This document shows, in pieces, positions 11,825-25,500 of a DNA stretch of 64,000 nt (within the stretch, counting starts at the first letter, position 1; the number at the start of each line of letters is the position of its first letter). The notes below the pieces were generated by a model. It searched no databases. It was not told where the DNA came from and was given only the letters and a program-made list of their open reading frames with translations. The position numbers and the translations under genes are program-made. This DNA is from the human T2T-CHM13v2.0 reference genome, Homo sapiens. The stretch lies in NCBI RefSeq assembly GCF_009914755.1, contig NC_060947.1, one strand, 5' to 3'.

Positions 11825-14029
11825 TCCTTTATGTTTTAAAGGTATTTTCACTGGATACTGACACTCCTTTGTATGTTATTTGCTTGTTTTTTCTTGCTGC
11901 ATTTAGGATTCTTTCTTTATCTTTTTGTTTTGGGAGTTTGATTATTGAATGTCTTGAAGTAGTCTTAATGTGTTAAATCCACTTGGTGTTCTATTACTTT
12001 CTTAAACTTGAATATTGATAACTTTCTTTAGGTTTCAAAAGTTCACTGTTATTATTTCTTTGAATAGACTTTTACCCCAACCTCTTGCTATACCTCCTCT
12101 TTTAGACCAGTAATGATTAGATTTTTTTGAGGCCTTTTTCTAGATCTTGTTGGTTTACTTCATTCTTTTTCATCCTTTTTTCTTTTGCTTTCTCTTACTG
12201 TGCATTTTCAGTAGCCGATCTCCAAGTTCACTATTTTTTTTCAGCCTAATAATTTCTGCTATTAAAATACTCTGATGCATGTTTTCATTTTGTTAATTGA
12301 ATTTTTAAACTTCTAAATATCTACTTGATTTTTCTATTATTTCAATCTCTTTGTAAATGTTTTCTAATAGAATTCTAAATTCCTTATTTGTGTTACTGTG
12401 AAATTGGTTAAGCTTCCTCAAAAAAACCTATTTTGAGTTCTCTTTTGAAAAGTCACATATGTCTCTCACTCCAGGATTGGTCAGTGGTGCCTTATTTTGT
12501 TCATTTGGTCAGGTCATGTTTTCTTGTATATTCTTGATGCTTGTTGATGTTCATGATGTTTGGGCGCTGAAGAGTTTAGGTATTCTAATCTTTGCAGTTC
12601 TTTCTTGTTTGGATTTATACTTCTCGAGAAGACTTTCCCATATCTAGAGTTGCAACTTAAGTCTTTGGTTACTGCAGCTATATCTGCACTAGGGAGTGCC
12701 ACAAGTCCAGTAGTGATGCCATATTTGCATACTTGCAGAGGTATATCATGGGTGGACTTGAATAAGATCTGGGAGCATTTCCTGGAATACCAGGGAGTCT
12801 CTCATCCTCTTCTCTCACTTTTCCCCAAACAAGTGTTTGTCTCTCTGTGCTGGGCTGACTGAAATTGGGGGAGGGATGATGCAAACACTTCCAGGGCCAC
12901 CAAAGTTGGGACTATGCTGGGTCACACTTGAAGCCAGCACGGTAATGGGTCTAGTCCAAGGCCCATGGTGACTACTGCCTGGCTACCACTCATGTAGCCC
13001 TATCAAGGTCCCTTTAGTCAGCATGTGTTGCATCCTGCCAAGGCTTGGTTTTTCACTTCAGGTTAGTGGGTTCCCTTCTAGCCCAGGGTGGGTTTAGAAA
13101 TGTCATCCAAGACCTAGGGTCTGGAATTGGAGGTCTCAGGACTCTGCTTTATGCTTTTATTTTTTTATTATTGTTATTTTTAAACTGTGGCTGAAAGTGT
13201 ATCTAAGTCACAGGACAAAGTTCTTTTTACTCTTCCTTTTCCTTTCTGCAAGTGGAAGGAGTCTCTCCTGGAGCTATGAGTTGTGCTTCCTGGAGTTGGA
13301 GAAGAGCTGATGCAAGCATTCCCTTGGCCACTCCAGCTTTTGTCTCACTGAGCTGTGGGTATCTCAATACCACTGTCTCCAAGCTCAGCAAAGCAACAGG
13401 ACTTACCCAAGGACTGCAAGCCTTGAGCCTGACTGTCTTTCAAGTTTATCCAGGACCCCAGGCTACATTAATCAGGCATTGATGGAGCTAGCCAGAGCTC
13501 AGGTTCCCACTGCTGGAGTAAAAGATTACCTTTTGACTGGGGTTAGTCTAAATGCCTCCTCTGTTGGCACTGGCTAAATTCTGCCCTGTGTTGTGTTCCA
13601 CTGGGACAAGGTAGCACTGAATTCCAATACAAATACCAAAGTCCTTGACTCCCCCTCCCACAAGCACATACATTATCTCTCTTTGTACTGCTGGGGGATG
13701 GAGGAGGGATGATGTAGGCAATGCAAGACTACCCTGGCTACCCTCTTCAGTGCTTCTTTTCTTGATATGATGTTATAATCAGGTACTGTGATTGCTTATT
13801 TTTTTTTGGTTTTTATGGAAGTTCTTTCTTGCATGTATAGTTATTCAATTCGGTGTTCCTGTGGTAGGGTTATCATTGGAGAGATTTTTTTAGTCATCTT
13901 GCTCTTCCTATTCCCTAAAGTGTTTTAAAACTTAAAAGAAAAAAAGAACGATAAGCAAAGTAAAAAGACAAATGAAGCACTGGAGTTTACTTAAAATCTG
14001 TATTACAGAAAAAGGACTAATACGTTTAT

Positions 14030-14108
14030 AACACAAATATACATATATGTGTATTTGTGTGTGCATGTTTGTGAGTGTGTTTGTGTGTGTGTCTGTGTGT
14101 CTGTGTAG
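14030..14108. repeat. Imperfect (TG)n/(TA)n simple repeat
   Basis: Read directly. Confidence 0.8.
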
Positions 14109-14383
14109 AGTGAGTTCCAAATATCTGAGAAAGATCCCAGTCAATTTAGAAAGTTTATTTTCCCAAAGTTAAGGACATGTGCCTGTAACATAGCCTCAGG
14201 AGGCCCTGGTGACATGTGCCCAAGGTGGTCGGGGCATGGCTTGGTTTATACATTTTAGAGAGACATGAGACATCAATCAATATGTGTAAGATGTACATTG
14301 GTTCAGTCCTGAAAGGCAGGACAACTCAAAGCAGGGAGGGGGCTTCCAGGTCATAGGCAGATAAAAGGCAAACCGTTGCATTC

Positions 14384-14860
14384 TTTTTTTTTTTTTTCGC
14401 AGTTGCAAGATTTAATAGAGTGAAAACAGAGCTCCCATAAAATGGGAGGGGACCCAAAGGGGGTTGCCCTTGCCAGCTTGAATGCCTGGGTTTATATCCC
14501 AATCATTGTCCCTCCCCCTGTGCTCTCAGGCAATAGATGATTGGCTATTTCTTTACCTCCTGTTTTAGCCTAATTAGCGTTTTAGTGAGCTCTCTTTACT
14601 ACCTGATTGGTCAAGTGTGAGCTAAGTTGCAAGCCCTGTGTTTTAAAGGTGGAGGCGGTCACCTTCCCGGCTAGGCTTAGGGATTCTTAGTCGGCCTAGG
14701 AAATCCAGCTAGTCCTGCCTTTCAGTCCCCCTCTCAACAGGAAAACCCAAGTGCTGTTGGGGGAGGTTGGCCCACGACCGCTCTAACTGCTTCCTGCTGA
14801 ATTGGGGCGTAGTAGGGGTCGCGCAGTTGAGATTTCCTCAGGAGTGGCACCTTCGATGTT
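14384..14860 (-). pseudogene. HERV-W (HERV17/LTR17) processed pseudogene: env 3' end, PPT, U3-R, polyA; no U5
   Basis: Reverse complement reads env tail, gagagggggac PPT, U3 (from 14724; caggactagctggatttcctaggc), gatataaa TATA, attaaa signal, cttgcaactgc then A14; TSD attctttt 14380-14387 / 14861-14868. Confidence 0.95.
14783..14860 (-). pseudogene. env: HERV-W env cytoplasmic-tail remnant NIEGATPEEISTARPLLRPNSAGSS*
   Basis: Hand translation of the minus strand; matches the syncytin-1/HERV-W Env C-terminus (...PEEISAAQPLLRPNSAGSS*). Confidence 0.93.
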
Positions 14861-16021
14861 ATTCTTTTGAGTTTCTGATTAGCCTTTCCAGTGGAGACAA
14901 TCAATACATATCTATCTCAGTGAGCAGAGGAATGACTTTGAGTTCTGCATGCCCTTTGTCTGCAAGGAAATTTCTTGTGAGGCAGGTATGTAGCTTTTTT
15001 AATCTTACGAGCTATCGTTTTTAGGAATAGAATGGAAGGAAGATTTTCCCTAAGCAGTTCTCAGCTTAACCTCTTTCTTTGGCTTAGTGATTTGGGGGTC
15101 TCAAGATGTATTTTCCTTTTACATTTCCCCCTTTTCTTTTTAAAATCTTTCAGAGAAAGCATTTTAGAAGAAAATGAGTTTCTGGTCTCAGGTTCTGTCT
15201 GATCTGTCACGGAGCGGATGATTTATTCTTAGATGAATAGGTCCCACATTATTAGGAAAGCTCATTTTTAGCAGGTCGTAAAGTCTCACGTCCTACACAG
15301 AGAAAACTGGGGAAGAAGGGAAGCAAAATAACAAACAAAAAGATATTAATTCTGGAAAATTGATGTAGGCCATATTATTCTAAAATCTATACATCAGTAG
15401 GCAGATATGAAAGTGGTTTATTTATGTAACTAGATTGCTGTTATTTTCTTCTGAAATTTAAGTTGTTTAGCTTCAGTTCTCTTGGCTTTAAGAGAAGAGA
15501 GCTTAATTTTTAGTGATTTCAAATCAGAAAAAAATGGGAATAAAAGGAAAGAAAGGAAGGAAAATAATTGGAAACATTATTTTGGAGACTTGTACCCAGG
15601 AAAAATTTTAAAATTCATTCCAAACTGTAGAAAATAATAAAAATTGAAAAACATTAGGTTAGGCAAGACTAGAATCTAACAACAGGTGTACTATAGTTTA
15701 TTTTGAAACACTCTCTCTCCAGTCCTGATTTTGCTAAAGACAAATCATAGGACAAATTCATTTGCAAAATAAGTTTTAGTCTTACTATACTTGGCTGGAG
15801 TATTTGCATAAAGTCAGCAAGAATAATTATTTACTATATAGGCTCCTCCTTTTTGTTAAAATTGGCTTTGCTGGAATTTTATTGAATAAGGAATCTCAGA
15901 TCTAACTTTAATGCCTTAGACCCAGCCTGTGCCTGCAAATACCTTTATTAATTAGGTGAATTCTTCACCTCAAGGTCCCCAGAAAACTTGGGGCCCCTGG
16001 GCTTGTCAGAAAGCAACATTC

Positions 16022-16434
<413 letters not shown>

Positions 16435-16572
16435 TAAAGGAGTCTTTACCTGATAGGATGCCATTTCAGTCAAAACCTTAAATAACCAATGTCTCCAATT
16501 CTGTCCTGTTAATAACACAGATTCTTATTGCACTTATGCAAATCACTATATTGCCATAAGTGAAGTATATTC

Positions 16573-17053
16573 TGTTAGGGACAAACCGCCCCAAAAAGCT
16601 TCTTGGTACTGCCAACACTCCCCCCAAACCTCTCCATGCTGCCCACCCTTCCCCAAAACCATTTTACATTTCTAAGCCCTTACCTAGGCGCTGTGGTGAA
16701 GCCAGCAGACTTTATCTATCAGGTCTTGCTTCAATAAAGCAAACCCCAATTACAAAAAATCCAGACCGCACGGGGGAGGTTGTGGGAAGCATAAACAAAC
16801 TTTACCTACACCCTCCTGTAAATTCTACCATAAACATCACAGGGTAATATGTGGCAAAATTAACCAGCAAACAACCCCGGGATGCAGCCATACCAAAGAA
16901 CTCCCTCAAACTCCCTCCCCAATATAAACCCCTCATTCTGTAAGCTGGGGGCTGCTCTCTCTGACTGTTTAGAGGGCAGTCTGTAGGTTAATAAAGGCTT
17001 GCTGAACTTGGGTCTCTCTCTCTCTCATTCTTTCTCTCTCAGCTGACCTTACA
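16573..17053 (+). mobile_element. Solo LTR, probably ERV1 class (possibly LTR15-like; family uncertain)
   Basis: TG...CA termini (tgttaggg...gaccttaca), TATA aatataaa at 16921, aataaa at 16990, TSD tattc/tatta; interrupts MER4-int. Confidence 0.8.
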
Positions 17054-18029
17054 TATTAAAAACTAGTTTCTAAATTTTGAAGAAATTAGGTAGAGAGAAA
17101 TATGCTCCAATTTTTTTTATAGGAGCACACTTTATTCGATTGTTAAAAGCTGCAAATAGCTCAAAAGAAAAAAAATTTTTTTTTGGCTGTGAAAAACAAA
17201 GAAAAGGATAACAACATTTTAAGCAAAAAGTCATTACAGGATTATTTCAGTCTTCTGTTAGTTCAGTCCATGTCGTTACCTCCCATTCTGCTTGATATTC
17301 CGGAACATTTTAGCTCTCCATGGGAGTCTTGGGAGTTTTTTTTCCCTAATCTATGTCACAATCTCCAAAACTGCATTTCACAGCACCCATCAGAGTCCTA
17401 TGCTGATTATAAAACCACCTTTTGAAAATGATAAAAGTAAAACAATTGTGGATGACAAAAGTCTTAAAACAGTCATAAAGACACAATTGACAAGAAAATT
17501 TGGTTACTTCTGTGGCATATAATTTTACATAATAATTATAATTACTACTGGTAACATATGCTAAAACGTATCAGCATAGCAGGAATTGTATACAATTCTG
17601 GAACACATACTAATAACACATTTATATAAATATAATCCAAAGAAAGGCTAAACACCTAATTTAGTTTGACAAAATATTGTCACGTATTTTATATTTGACA
17701 GTACTTCCTGTACGATTTCTTTATACCAAATAAGCTGAATATATTTCTTTTGGACTTCAGGGGACTAATATTAAAAAATTAATGAGGACCAAAGTTAGAA
17801 CTTGACTTTGAAAAGTTTGTCAAAAGTAAAATTTTAAAACACTTAATATCACTAAATAGGATCACAGGTCGTTGTAAAATAAGTCACTAACTTAGCCAAA
17901 GTGATAACTCAAAGATTTTCAACAAAAGGCAAAAGCCTTTATTCTTTGAGAGAGGAGACTTAATTTCCCAAAGAATAAGCCCTAATAAAAGCAGATGAGT
18001 CCAATTTTATTCTGAAATAAATTCTAATA

Positions 18030-18600
18030 TTCTGATTGCTCATTCTTTGTATGTGACCTGTCTTTATATAACTGCAAATAAGACATTTTATGTGTCTTTC
18101 TTCAAATTTACTACAACATGTCAAAGTAGATTTTTTTTAAATTATATACTGCTTGGTATATATTGTTCCTTCTCGGATTTATGTTTAGTTTTATTAGTTT
18201 GGTATTTTTCAAATAATTACTTACACTTCTTTCTTTTAATTCTCTATATCTGAACCTTTAATTAGATACATATTACATGACTAGACTTCTCATTCTATCT
18301 TCATTATCTTTTATGATACCTTTCATATTGTCCATCTTTTAGTCTCTGTGTTCCATATTGGGTAATTTTTTTCACAGACTCTCCCACTTCACTAATTATC
18401 ACTTAAGTTGTGTCTAATATGTTGTTAAATTCTTCCATTGAGTTTGATTTTTGGTTAACAATTACATTTTCTGTATCTAGATTTTCCATATGTTGTAAAT
18501 TTTCTCCCAAAATGTGTGTGTTCATTCCTGTTAATTTTCTGTGTTTGCCTATTTTTGTAAGTGTATCTTTTAGTTCTTTAAATGTTTTGTGCTTTTCTAG
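18030..18600 (-). mobile_element. Old L1 (L1ME-type) fragment
   Basis: T-rich, diverged antisense L1 ORF1-like sequence. Confidence 0.45.
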
Positions 18601-20101
18601 AGAGGATTGAGATTTATTGTTTGTAATTTCTGCGATTCAGTGACTTAACTTTGGTCCATTAGTGTGCTTGTGTGAGATAAAGCTGCATAACAACCCCAAA
18701 ACTCAGTGGTTTACCAACACTAATTTTTCACTGACGGGTTGATGGGTAAGCTAAGGGAGCTTTGGTTCAAACCTGAACTGATTACCAGGTTCAGGTTTGT
18801 TTCACGTTCTTCCAGGGTTCAGCCTGGAAGAGTGGGGCTTACCTGAGGTATATTCTAGTTGTAATAGAGGGCTCATTTTTAGCTTTCATTTTTAGTTTGT
18901 AGTGTTGTGTACCATTTACAAACCTTAAAAAGTCAGTTTTCTAAAGAAATCCTCAACAATTTTATTTAAGTAAACATTCTCCTACAGAATATATATCCTG
19001 TAGCTTTGCTGTTGTGTTTTTATAAAATAAATACATGTAAAAACATATAATTTGATTTACTTTTAATAACATGCTTAATATTGGTATTTTCATATTATGG
19101 AATAAATTTCTGTTAATGGGATTCTAGTTTATAGAAACACACATGTAAGAAGTGAGAAGTTGACTTACAACAGTTTGACTTCAATCCAGTACTCAGAAAT
19201 ATATTAGTAAAGAAATTGGGGCTTTTCTGTAGTTATTATCTTGAAGATACAAGGCCAAAGATTATCAACCACAACTAAGAAACAAACAAATAGAAAAGGT
19301 ACTTGTGCCTGCTAGTGAAATATAACAACAGTCGTTTAATTTTAAATTTTAGGAAGACCGTACAAGTTATTCTAGAGCCTTTGAATGCATTGACATTTGC
19401 TTTCAGTTAGGAAAAGAACAAACACACGCTTCTTAAATCAGATCACTAAGCTTAACAGAAATATTATTTGCACTTATAGTTGTTTGGATTTCAGTTACAT
19501 CAGACTGCTTGGTATTCTCTCCTTTTACTTTAAGTGACACTATAGCAGAGAACACAATGTACATTTTTTGGTGTTCATGATATCTGTAATTTGTATCATC
19601 TGTCAAAGGTGGGATTATTTTGTATCTGCCATTGCCTGTAAGTATATGAAAGTAAAACTTTTCTACATGTTTCACTTAGTTAACACAGTTTTTAAAATAC
19701 AACTTTGCTGATTTCCTTAGCAAGTTTATAGTTAGGCAGCTGCAAAAATACCAGTGATAAATAAATGGAAGATAAGAGAAATAGCTTTCTCCATCTGTTC
19801 CTATATTAAATGAGTGATGATACACATTATCTTTCATGCAGTTTCTCAACTTTGCCTTGATATTTCTGTAGTACCAGGATGCTGTTATACTATGCATATG
19901 TTTTGGTCCACTGGCATAATTGTTTAAGTTGGTATTACTGGAAGCATGCAATGTTTAACCCATATATAGGCTTGTGTCATACAGAAGGGTGTGATGGGAC
20001 TGGAAAATAAGGAAAATGAGAAATAAGACCTCATTGAGACCAATGTTATTTTCTTCTAAAATATCTTAAACCCAGATAAACTTTACAATAAAGTGTCTTC
20101 A

Positions 20102-20400
20102 GCGGACCCGTAGGCTCACGCCTATAATCCCAGCACTTTGGGAGGCTGAGGCGGGTGGATCACCTGAGGTCAGGAGTTCCAGACCAGCCTGCCCAACATG
20201 GCGAAACCCTGTCTGTACTAAAAATACAAAAATATTAGCCAGGCTTGGTGGCAGGTGCCTGTAATCCCAGCTTCTCAAGAGGCTGAGGCAGGAGAATCAC
20301 TTGAACTCAGGAGTCAGAGGTTGCAGTGAGCTGAGATGGCGCCACTGCACTCCAGGCTGGGTGACAAGAGAGAAACTCCGTCTCAAAAAAAAAAAAAAAA
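20102..20400 (+). mobile_element. AluS (Sq/Sp-like)
   Basis: Full dimer, A16 tail; TSD aaagtgt(c/t)ttca. Confidence 0.95.
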
Positions 20401-21059
20401 GTGTTTTCATTCTCCATGAATTCTGTGCATAAATAAGAACCTCCACCTCACACACTTTAAAATAATACAGATAAATAATAAACTTAAAGCTTTTAGGTCA
20501 AAATAGAGTTATACGAAGAACTTAGGCTGTGGCAGTTATGGAGATTTTATGACCTTGAAACTTTCAGAGTCTTATAACAGTAAGGCCTTTCAGACATCCT
20601 GGGGGATAGGGAAAATAATCCATACAATTCTGTGGGTAGTGCTGGAATTAGAACACTGTAGTCAGGGTAAGTATAATCAATGGCTAATTGGCAAAGGGCC
20701 TATCTCTGGCTTTTCCACCATTTAAAGCAAACCTATGGTAACAGCTAGTGCCTTGACTGTCCTATGGACTTCAAATTTTGAAAGTAAGTAGTAAGGACAG
20801 AAAACATTAAAAATGTGGGGCTAATGGGATAGGTTTTAACTGAAAGCAGAAGGGAGAATCAAATTATTATTGCTAAAATTGGGTCATTACAACTATTCCA
20901 GTGATTGAAACTGGAAGGATATAAAAGTAATTTCTGAGACAACACTGTTTTAATTTCAGACAAGATAGAATGGTAATTTATTAGGCAATTGAAAAGTAGT
21001 TAAGGAGATAGGTTGGCAGGCAGGCAAATGAAAAGGTAAATATTTTTAACAAGCCCCAA

Positions 21060-21830
21060 ATAAGTATTTCAAATGACATCCTGCCCATATCTACTTGAAT
21101 ATCTTACGGAATCTCAAACATCATGACCAAACCAAGATTCAATATATTCTATTCTCCCATACTAACTGCTTATCCTGTAATTCCCATCTCATTTAATGAG
21201 GAAAATATTCATTTTATATCCAATAAAGAAACTTGAGAATCATCCCCAAGTTGTATTTTTTTAAAAAAATCTCATATTCATACTTTGATTCCTGTCAGTT
21301 TGACTTAATAAGTATATCTTAAATTTGTCATTTTATTTCCGCCTGGAAGTACTACTGGCTTTATTCTACTCACCATCATCTATTACCTAGAATACTGAAA
21401 AAGCTTTCTAAGTAATTTCTCTGCCTCCACTTTTTTTCTCCTTTCTCATTCCATCCTCCAATCTATCATCTCCAGGGTAATCTCTCTGAATGGAAATCTG
21501 CTCATGTAACCAACTTGCTTAAAAATGTTCAGTGTCTGTTTATAGCTTTCAAGATAAAGTCCAAACTTTTTAGCATGCTGTGTAAAGCCCTGATGATCTG
21601 CCCCCAGGCAGACCATTTTCTTAGTTTTTCACCATTCGAAAATATATATCCTATGTCCCTTCCACAATTGTATGCAACTTGCTAATGCATGCCTCTGTAC
21701 TTTTGCATATACTACTCTACTCCTCCCCTAGTGGCTTAGTTCAATATTACATTCTCCATAAAAATTTCTATGCTTACTTTTGTATACATCCATTTATCTG
21801 TAATTCTTTAGCATATTGTTGATTTGTTCA
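21060..21830 (+). mobile_element. L2 fragment
   Basis: caccatcatctattacctagaatactg and aaagtccaaactttttagcatg resemble the L2 consensus. Confidence 0.6.
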
Positions 21831-21834
21831 TTTA

Positions 21835-22105
21835 CTGATTCATTCATTCAATTATATACATATAATTGCCTATTATATTTAGATACTATATTGAACACAT
21901 GAAAAACAAGATTCACTTCCACATCTGAAGGAAACCAAAACGTACATGGGGGATATAAAATGATGACAAGGCAATTTGGTAAGTGCCATAATACAAGTAA
22001 CTGTAAGATACTATAAAAACCCACAGGTACAGTATCTATCCAGTATGTGATGTGGGGCAAGGGTTATATGTCAAAGAAACTTCTTTGAAAAGGTATTGGC
22101 TGGAG
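21835..22105 (-). mobile_element. L2 3'-end fragment
   Basis: ttcattcattcaa tail followed by diverged L2 3' sequence. Confidence 0.5.
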
Positions 22106-23898
22106 AAAGGCAGAGAAAGATGGGTGAATAGAAGGCTCCCCCAAAAGCCCTTCACCAAGAAAAACAATTTAACAAATATTTAAACAAAGAAAGCATCTTC
22201 GTAAGAACAAAGAATCAGATGAATAATCACAGTATGTTGGTTTAACTTCATATTACTGAAAGAGGCACTGAAAAGGTTAAAAAAAGACAGTCATGAATTG
22301 CTGACACTACACCTCCCCAGTGCCCAGCAGCAACTGTGTGGCAGAGATAGAGAATCTGTGATCTTGGAAGAGGGAGAGTGCAACAGTTGTGAGACGTTGC
22401 ATTGAACTCAATACTGCCCTATCACAGAAGAAAACAAAACCAGGCTAAACTCAGCTGATGCTCCCCCATGGAGAGAATATTTAAGACAACCCTAGCCAGA
22501 GAGGAATCACCCATCTAAGCAGTCAGAAGCAGATTTCTAGCAAGCCATGCCACCGTGGGCTAAAGCGTACTGGTGCCCTAAGTAAACTTGAAATGCAATC
22601 TAGGCCAGACGACTGAAAAACGTAGGCAAATTCTACTGCTGAAATGGGCTTAGAGCCAGTGAACTTGGGAGGCATGTGACCTGCTGAGACACCAGTTGGG
22701 CAGCTAAAGGAGTGTTTGCACAATACCTCCCTCAAACCCAGGCTGCACATCTCTCAGACACAAAAGTGACCCCTCTCTTCCACTTGTGGAGAGGAGAGGA
22801 AAAATTTTAAAAGACTCTGTCTTGCATCTTGGATACCAGCTTAGCCAGAGTAGCACAGGGCACCAGTCAAAGGCATGAGGCCCACTGTCCAGGCTGTAGG
22901 TCCAAGATAACACTTCTAGACACACCTGGGACAGAAGGAAAAATCACTGGCTTGAAGAAAAAGACTCAATCCCAGCAGGTTTCATCACCTGCTAATTAAA
23001 GAGCCCTTGGGCTCTTTATATCCAGTGATATCCAGGTAGTACACCATGGGCCTTGGGTGAGACTTGGATACTTGCTTCCTTTAGGTATCAGCTCTGCCAC
23101 AGGTAAGTAGAACACCAAGTGGGCTCCTGGGATCCCCAAATTCCAGAAATTTGTCTCTTGAATGGCATTTCTGGAAGTGCCATGGGCCAGAGGGGAGCCC
23201 ACTGCCCTGAAGTGTGAGTCCCAGGAAAGGCAACAATCATCGCAAGCTGACTGAAACCCACTTGGACCTTAAGGAAACTCTGGCATGGGCTGGCGGTGGA
23301 GGTGGCCAGGAGGTGAGGCTCCTCTGTCTAAGCAAAGGGGAGAAATAAGTGAGAATGACTGAATCTTGTGGTTTGAGTCACAGCTCAGCTGCCGTACAAT
23401 GGAATAACAGATAAAATTATGAGAATTTGACTTCACCTTCTGGCTCACAATGGCACCACTGGACTTGCCAGGCACTTGGGGAAGCTCACTGCCCTGAAGG
23501 GAAAGACATGAGCCTGGCTGGCTTCTCACCGGCTAATTGTAGAGCCTGGGGGCCCTGAGTGAAAATAAGCAGTAGCCAGGGAGTGGTTAAAGCAGGCCTT
23601 GGGTGAGCGTCAGTGCTGTGCTGACTTCAGGTCTGACCTAGTGCAGTCTCAGTAGTGGTGGCCACAGGGGTTCTTGTGTCAGCCCATCTGCAACTCCAGT
23701 CAGCTTAGTACACAGAGATAGATTCTATTTGTTTGTTAGAAAGTAAGGAAAGAGAAAAATAGTCTCGGACTGGTAATCCACAGAATTCTTCTGGATCTTT
23801 TACAAGACCATCAAGGCAATACCTTTATGAGTCTACAAGAACCACAGTGTTAGTGGGCTTGGGGTGCCCGCTAATGCGGGTGTGACTTAGAACACAAT

Positions 23899-24153
23899 TA
23901 TAGGTGGGAATTGAACAATGAGAACACATGGACACAGGAAGGGGAACATCACACACTGGGGACTGTTGTGGGGCGGGGGGAGGGGGGAGGGATAGCATTA
24001 GGAGATACACCTAATGCTAAATGACGAGTTAATGGGTGCAGCACACCAACATGGCACATGTATACATATGTAACAAACCTGCACGTTGTGCACATGTACC
24101 CTAAAACTTAAAGTATAATAATAAAAAAAATTTAAAAGAAAAAGAAAAAAATA
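23899..24153 (+). mobile_element. Short 5'-truncated L1PA3-like 3' end
   Basis: gatagcattaggagatacacctaatgctaaatgacgagttaatgggtgcagcacaccaacatgg; A-rich tail; perfect TSD agaacacaat 23889-23898 / 24154-24163. Confidence 0.93.
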
Positions 24154-25236
24154 AGAACACAATACTGAAGTCCTTTTGAATACCTACAAAGCTTTGAAAA
24201 GAAGGATGATCACAAAGAAGCACAGACCGAAAAGACTATAATAAATATGTAACTTTTCAATGCTCAGGCACAGATGAACATCGAGAAACATCAGGACCAT
24301 CCAGGAAAATATACTAAGGCACAACTGACCAATCCTAGAGAAATAGAAATATGTGGCCTTTCAGACAGAGAATTCAAAATAACTGTCTTGAGGAAATTCC
24401 AAGAAATTCAAGATAACACAAAGAAGAAATTCAGAATTCTATCAAATGAATTTAACAAATACATTGAAATAATTTTTAAAAATCAAGCAGCAATATTGGA
24501 GTTGTAAAATGCAACTGGCATACTGAAGAATGCATCAGAGTCTTGTAATAGCAGAATTGCTCGAGCAGAAGAATTAATGAGCTTGAAGACAAGCTATTTG
24601 AAAATACACAGAAAAGACAAAAGCAAAACAAATTTTAAAAATGGAGCATGCCTACAAATTCTAAAAAATAGACTCAATAGACCAAATTTAAGAGTTATTG
24701 GACTTAAAGAGGAGGTAGAAAAAGAGAAATAAGTAGAAAATTTATTCAGATGGATAATAAAATAAAACACTACAATCATAGAGAAAGGTATCAATATATG
24801 AGTTCAAGAAAGTTATAGAACACCATGCATATTTAACCCACAGAAGACTGCCTCAAGGCATTTAATAATCAAACTACTAAATGAAAAGGATAAAGAAAGA
24901 ATAATAAAGACAGCAACATAAAAGAAACAAATAACATACAATGGAGCTCTAATGCATCAGGCAGCAGACATTTCAGTGGAAACCTTACAGGCCAGGAGAG
25001 AGTGCTATGACGTATTTAAAATGTTGAGGGGGAAAAAAAAAACAAAAAACATTTACCCTAAGATAGTATATCCAGTGAAAATATTCTTCAAGCATGGAGG
25101 AGAATTAAAGACTTCGGACATACAGTCAAAAAAACCCTGAGGAATTTCATCGACATCAGATGTGTTCTACAAGAAATGCTAAAGGGAGTACTTCAATAGA
25201 AGAAAAAGATGTTAGTGATCAAAAAGATAGTATCTG

Positions 25237-25500
25237 TTGGGAGGCCGAGGTGGGCGGATCACGAGGTCAGGAGATTGAGACCATCCTGGCTAACACGGTG
25301 AAATCCCACCTCTACTAAAAATACAAAAAATTAGCCGGGCATGGTGGTGGGCGCCTGTGGTCCCAGCTACTCGGGAGGCTGAGGCAGGAGAATGGCATGA
25401 ACCTGGGAGGCGGAGCCCAGTGAGCCGAGATCATGCCACTGCACTCCGGCCTGGGCGACAGAGCAAGACTCCATCTCAAAAAAAAAAAAAAAAAAAGAAG
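25237..25500 (+). mobile_element. AluY, 5'-truncated
   Basis: ggatcacgaggtcaggagattgagaccatcctggctaacacgg; TSD gatagtatctg 25226-25236 / 25501-25511. Confidence 0.93.

Larger units (their letters stand above)
5258..13913 (-). mobile_element. L1MA-type LINE-1 copy 1 (L1M1-like 5' UTR, ORF1, ORF2; 3' UTR/polyA missing), interrupted by L1PB, L1PA and Alu
   Basis: Minus-strand ORF2 remnants (WYWHK-like/SLFNKWCW at 7011-7229; IHHIN..IISTDAEK at 7852-8079), ORF1 and 5' UTR ending gtcatcttgctc; colinear with the copies at 22112-29840 and 52335-59497. Confidence 0.92.
14110..15123 (-). mobile_element. MER4A 3' LTR, interrupted by the HERV-W retrocopy
   Basis: Reverse complement starts tgtaaaaggaaaatacatcttgagacccccaaatcactaagccaaag (MER4A start), preceded by PPT aaaagggggaaa; aatttagaaagtttattttcccaaagttaagg near the other end. 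Confidence 0.85.

Noticed and set aside
20585-20675. ttcag...cagg/gtaagt exon-like pair
   Set aside because: Weak pyrimidine tract and no supporting frame; expected by chance
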